A stretch of 64,000 bases of DNA from Balanoglossus misakiensis. Its lineage: Eukaryota > Animalia > Hemichordata. The notes under the pieces are model-generated. The model ran no database searches. It saw only the letters and a list, made by a program, of their open reading frames with translations, and had not been told where the DNA came from. The stretch is taken from contig CM082588.2 in the NCBI GenBank assembly GCA_040954595.2, positions 7,982,844 through 8,046,843 on the forward strand, written 5' to 3'. Both the position numbers and the translations under genes were made by a program. Of the stretch, positions 50,967 through 64,000 are shown piece after piece. Every line of letters starts with the position of its first letter. The stretch's first letter is position 1.

Positions 50967-53452
50967 ATGGAGTTGAAGTTGGTATGGATGACATTCGTAC
51001 TATTACTGCTACTACCCAACGATGTGTTACTCACAGACGAACATGTAGTAACCGATCACGAAAATGGTCAGTATTCATCTTCATGCACTGATTCTGCCGG
51101 AGTTGCGCATATGCGTAGTGACGCGTGAATTTTGCAGTTTGTTTGTGCATTTTGAATAGAAAAAATATTTAAAAACAATGGAAAATGCAATTTTTCACTT
51201 CAATAATTTTTGTGTGTGCAGGTGAATATTCTTTAAGATCACCACCCTTGCAATAAGTATCTTGACCACTCTAAGTTTTCAGCAGTCGCCTCAACAAAGA
51301 CATCGGAAAACTTCACTAAATATATTTTTACAGCAGTCAAGCAACTTATGGCAAGGTTGGTGATCTTAGAGAATGTTCATCAGACAAAGAAATTCATTGA
51401 AGTGAAAATTATTTGAATTATCCATTATTTTTAAAATATTTGTTGAAATTTCAAAACGCATTGCTAAACCGCACTATTCACATGTCACTTTGCATATGCC
51501 TACATTACTTGCTGCCATCTGCTAGTGACGTACGCAAAATTACGTGTACAAAACCTTTCCATTGTCAACATGAAATTAAGCTAACTTTATTATATTTGTG
51601 TTGGAAATTGATAGCCGTGCTAAAAAGATAAAGCATAAGGTTATTATTCCTGTCGCTTCATGGAGTTGTTCTCTCATAATTGCCACATCAATTTTGGTCT
51701 GTAGATTGTGTCATCATTCCCCTCCCCATCTTAAAGCTGTACGTTCTGGAATTGATCAATTAATTTTATCTAAACGTCAATAATGATACAGATATGATGC
51801 TTGTATTTTAGAGCCACGTAAACCACCAGTGGATTGCTATGACATTTATCAGCGGAACAGAGAACCCCCAAGTGGTGTATACACTGTGCACCCGATGGAC
51901 GACGGAAACTCATTCAAAGTCTACTGTGATATGGAGACAGATAACGGAGGGTGGACGGTAGGTATAAAATACTCATTAGCAATAGCAACGCAAGACTAGA
52001 ATATATCCTTGCAATAAACTGAACAAAATACCTGTTAATTTAATTTGCATTCAGCTAATGTCATGTAAAATTGGTACTATAAACGATTATGATAAATAAG
52101 TGCCTGATACAATATTGTTTTCACATCAGCTGGTGAAAACTTGTCACATGACCTTTGGTATAGTTTTCTATTTCCGATTGACTGGTATCCAACTGAATTT
52201 AATTTCTGTGGAAAGTAATTCATTTTTAGTCTGGAATTAATGGTTTTCACAATATCACTCAAATTCTTTTAATTATAAGGTATTTCAAAGAAGAAGCGAT
52301 GGTAGCCTAGATTTCTACCGTTTCTGGACTGACTACAAAAATGGATTTGGGGTTCCTGGTGGCGAGTTCTGGCTAGGAAATGATAAGTTGCATCGGCTAA
52401 CAAATCAACAGACTTATGAACTCAGAATCGACATGGAAGACTTTGATGACGAAACTCGATACGCAAAATATGATAAATTCACCATTGGTGATGAATTCAG
52501 TAAATACAAACTGACTCTCGGAGAATATACCGGAGACGCAGGTAGGTTGACATTTTTTTCAACTGCATTCAAACGTATCTCGCCACATTTCTGTACATTT
52601 TCCATGCAGGGACTAGGGTAGTCTTGGTTACCCAGACCCCTCTGCTTCTTCCACTGTGCTCCAGATAAGGGTCGGGGGATATACTATAGAATGATATGTA
52701 AAAACAAAATGGCCACTGCCAGGATTTCCATCAGCCGCTGATTGGCTTATCAGGGGTTACTGCAACTTGACTTAAATGTTCATAACAAACAGCAAGTACC
52801 AGTCTCTTGATGTGACAAGACGACAACTCACCCATTGCCAAGAGGCACTTTCTACATGTTGCATCGCCATTTTAGTATATGCCCCATGTATCTGAAATAT
52901 ATGAGACGTGGAAAATTATTATGACACTTCCTCATTGCTTATTTCATTACTGCAGCTTACCGGTACATGTGAAACGTCATGCCATAAGCAGAGCAACTGT
53001 TGAAATATGAGGCGGGAAAATAGGCAAAATAAAATGAGGAACAACTTGTAGTGTATCTTGAACACTGTGTTATTCATTGCCACTAACTACAACATTTAAC
53101 ATTCAAACATCAAAAAGCCTTCCCTCCAGCCAGATATAAATACAACAATATGTTTAATAAAAAAATGAATAGAGTTTTTTCTCATGTGTTTTCTACAGGA
53201 GATAGTCTTGACTTCCACAGAAACCAATACTTTTCAACCAGAGATAGGGACAATGATGTTCACGCTGCTAGGAACTGTGCCGAGTTTTACATTGGGGCAT
53301 GGTGGTACACTGAATGTTTTCGTTCCAATTTGAATGGTCAGTACCTTGGTGGAGAGACGGAAGAGTTCGCCAAAGGGATAATTTGGGAAGGATGGAAAGG
53401 GTATTACTACTCTTTGAAGAAAACTGAGATGAAAATAAGACCCGTCTTCTAA
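50967..53452 (+). CDS. Fibrinogen-related protein FReD-E, 253 aa
   Basis: Exons 50967-51066, 51812-51957, 52280-52541, 53199-53452; open frame with FBG motifs. Confidence 0.93.
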
Positions 53453-54836
53453 CAAAGTGAACTCTACCCACAGGCAGAATATGTTAACTTCACTTTTTGT
53501 TCAAAGGAAGCACACATATTAATTATAAAATGATATGTCTTAAGATTAGAAACAAGTGATTATGGAAAATGCGCTTGAAATTGTAGAAAAACATTATATA
53601 ATTGTCAAATAAAGTTAATTGAAATAGCTAAAATCATTGCAATTGTTTTATTTTCAACCCTAGACACATTAAAGGAACATACTAGTGCATCGTGTAATAG
53701 AAATAAGAAAAAGAAAAGAAAAGAATTATTGAATTTGTGATATGATCACTTTCCCGTGTTGATGAAAAGTTCGATTTTTATTATTGGAATATTTGTGATA
53801 TGAATGGTCATCTTTAAACAGTCAATAACAACCTGATGGCAATTCTTTACTATCAATCATGTGATCTGCCATGTGACCCACCGCGTTGTCATTTCCAGGT
53901 GACGGGCAAACAATATTTCGACATCAAGTTAAAGTATATTTTTACTTTAGAACCGCCAGAGACGTAACATGTATCAGATATACTGCCTCATCAGCCTCAT
54001 GGCGTTTCGTCTGCACAGTCTTTGTCTTCACCACGTTGCTGAAGTTGCCTGTCATCTGGAAATTTGAATGCCAACGTAACTTTGCCTGAGGGCGTCATTT
54101 GATGTAGAAGAATAGGGAGATTAATTTTACTAGGAACTGCTTGATTGTTTTAGCCAAGTAGTGGTCAGTTTGCTTTAATGCACTTCGAAAGAGTCTTCGA
54201 ATCATCTGGAATAAGCAAAACAGTGTCAATCCCTGTGAGGGTCGAGTTTCACAAAACACTCTGAGTCTACTTCCTGTGAGACTGAAATAGCAGTAAGGGA
54301 AATCTTAACATACATTTGCAATGAAATAAATGTGGACTAGTAAAATATCTTTTGTTTAATATAGCAAACTTTGCTGTCAATGCTCCTGTGAAGGATGCAG
54401 CATAAGAACTTCAGTCTTTGAAATAAACATTCCTCTGGTAATTATTGAGCTCAGAATTCCCTCAAAGTGTATATAATCTGAAGATTTAGATGTTTTAGAC
54501 CTCTGGTAAACTGCCATGAAAGACATGTCTATCTCACTTTGATCTTAACACAATTCAGAGCGTTTGAATAATATTTGACCATGCAGCTGGTCAGGACAAA
54601 GCATAATTAAAACATTATAATTGTTATTCAGCATTTATAATTATTTTTGCGTACTTGGGTATTTTATAAAAATATGAAATTTCACAAAGGTTATACTAGT
54701 ATAGTGACCCCATGGATGGCCAATGTTAACAGATCAATAACACAAGATGTCCGCCATGGAAGGGCAGCAACAACAACAGACTGAACTCTGGGTAAACTCG
54801 GGTCAAAGGTCAACAGTGTTCAGGATACTACAACGT

Positions 54837-63251
<8,415 letters not shown>

Positions 63252-64000
63252 CTTGAAAACACGTTGTGTGTTCTAGATGATACAGAGCCGAAAAAATTCC
63301 ACCAGCAAAGCCTGCAATTTACAAGAAGTCGTCAGTGTCTGTAATTATTACAGTACATGACAACAGCATTTCTTTGTCAGAAGTTCGATAATCTGTCAGT
63401 ATACGTACCAGAAATATATGCTCTTTCCCCCTACAAACCAACTTGGGAAGTGTTAAAGCAGTTTGCGTGTTAGCATATATACCTAGATCCACGTTTATTA
63501 TTTTATGATATACAATTAATATTATCCGGTAGACGTTTTGAATCTGATAGCCTAATGCCAGAAATATGTCAACTGTTTGATAAATGGGTACATTACCAAT
63601 GAATGATCAGTTATTGACATTCATTTGTCAAGTTTATATGGTGCTAAATGCCCTGCGTCTGGTAAACATATGCGTGGACATGTACATAATGACGCACTTA
63701 AAGCATATGGCATACACCTGCTTGTTTTATTTTATGGGATTTTATTGCTGCATTCTGAAGTATCTGAAGGTGTTCATGTACACAATGAGGTCAAATGTCA
63801 CGGAACGAAAGAGAAAATGAAAGCAATGTCAATTTCAGCGCCACATTGTTGTCACCTGTTCATATGTTTGAAACGATTCACTGTCCACATTATCCACTGT
63901 CGTCAAATGGCAGTACCACTCAAATCTGCGCTCACTGCGCAAAATAAACGTGACAACACGATTCGTGTTTTGTTTTTGGAGAAGTTTGAATAATGGTGTC

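Noticed and set aside
53672-54710. Possible ~1-kb Kolobok-like element between FReD-E and the EGF gene
   Set aside because: Only a weak terminal match (aggaacatactagt vs actagtatagtgacc), no right TTAA and no second copy; not supportable.

Overview
Eukaryotic, AT-rich, intron-containing genomic DNA, most likely from a marine invertebrate animal (inferred from gene content; species not determinable). There are no prokaryotic features, CRISPR arrays, rRNA or tRNA. Nine spliced genes were reconstructed by hand from GT-AG junctions and exon phases. (1) A 3-exon NLR-type gene on +: DZIP3-like HEPN domain with intact Rx4H, a 14-unit 96/84-bp coding tandem repeat, a MYND zinc finger on its own symmetric exon, NACHT, and a degenerate LRR-like tail. 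(2) A 12-exon DUF4211 (CCDC82/QSER1/PRR12-like) gene on - with an apparent 1-bp frameshift in exon 9. (3) A head-to-head 11-exon MFSD8-like transporter on +. (4-8) Five tandem single-domain fibrinogen-related (FReD) lectin genes with hypervariable ligand-binding loops and signs of mosaicism. (9) A 14-exon secreted poly-Arg/TSP1/multi-cbEGF gene on -. Introns and intergenic DNA hold many non-autonomous DNA transposons (TTAA, TA, 3-bp and 9-bp target duplications), one probable solo LTR and several minisatellites. The best candidate for a novel system is the HEPN-repeat-MYND-NACHT receptor. All domain calls come from motif recognition, not database searches.
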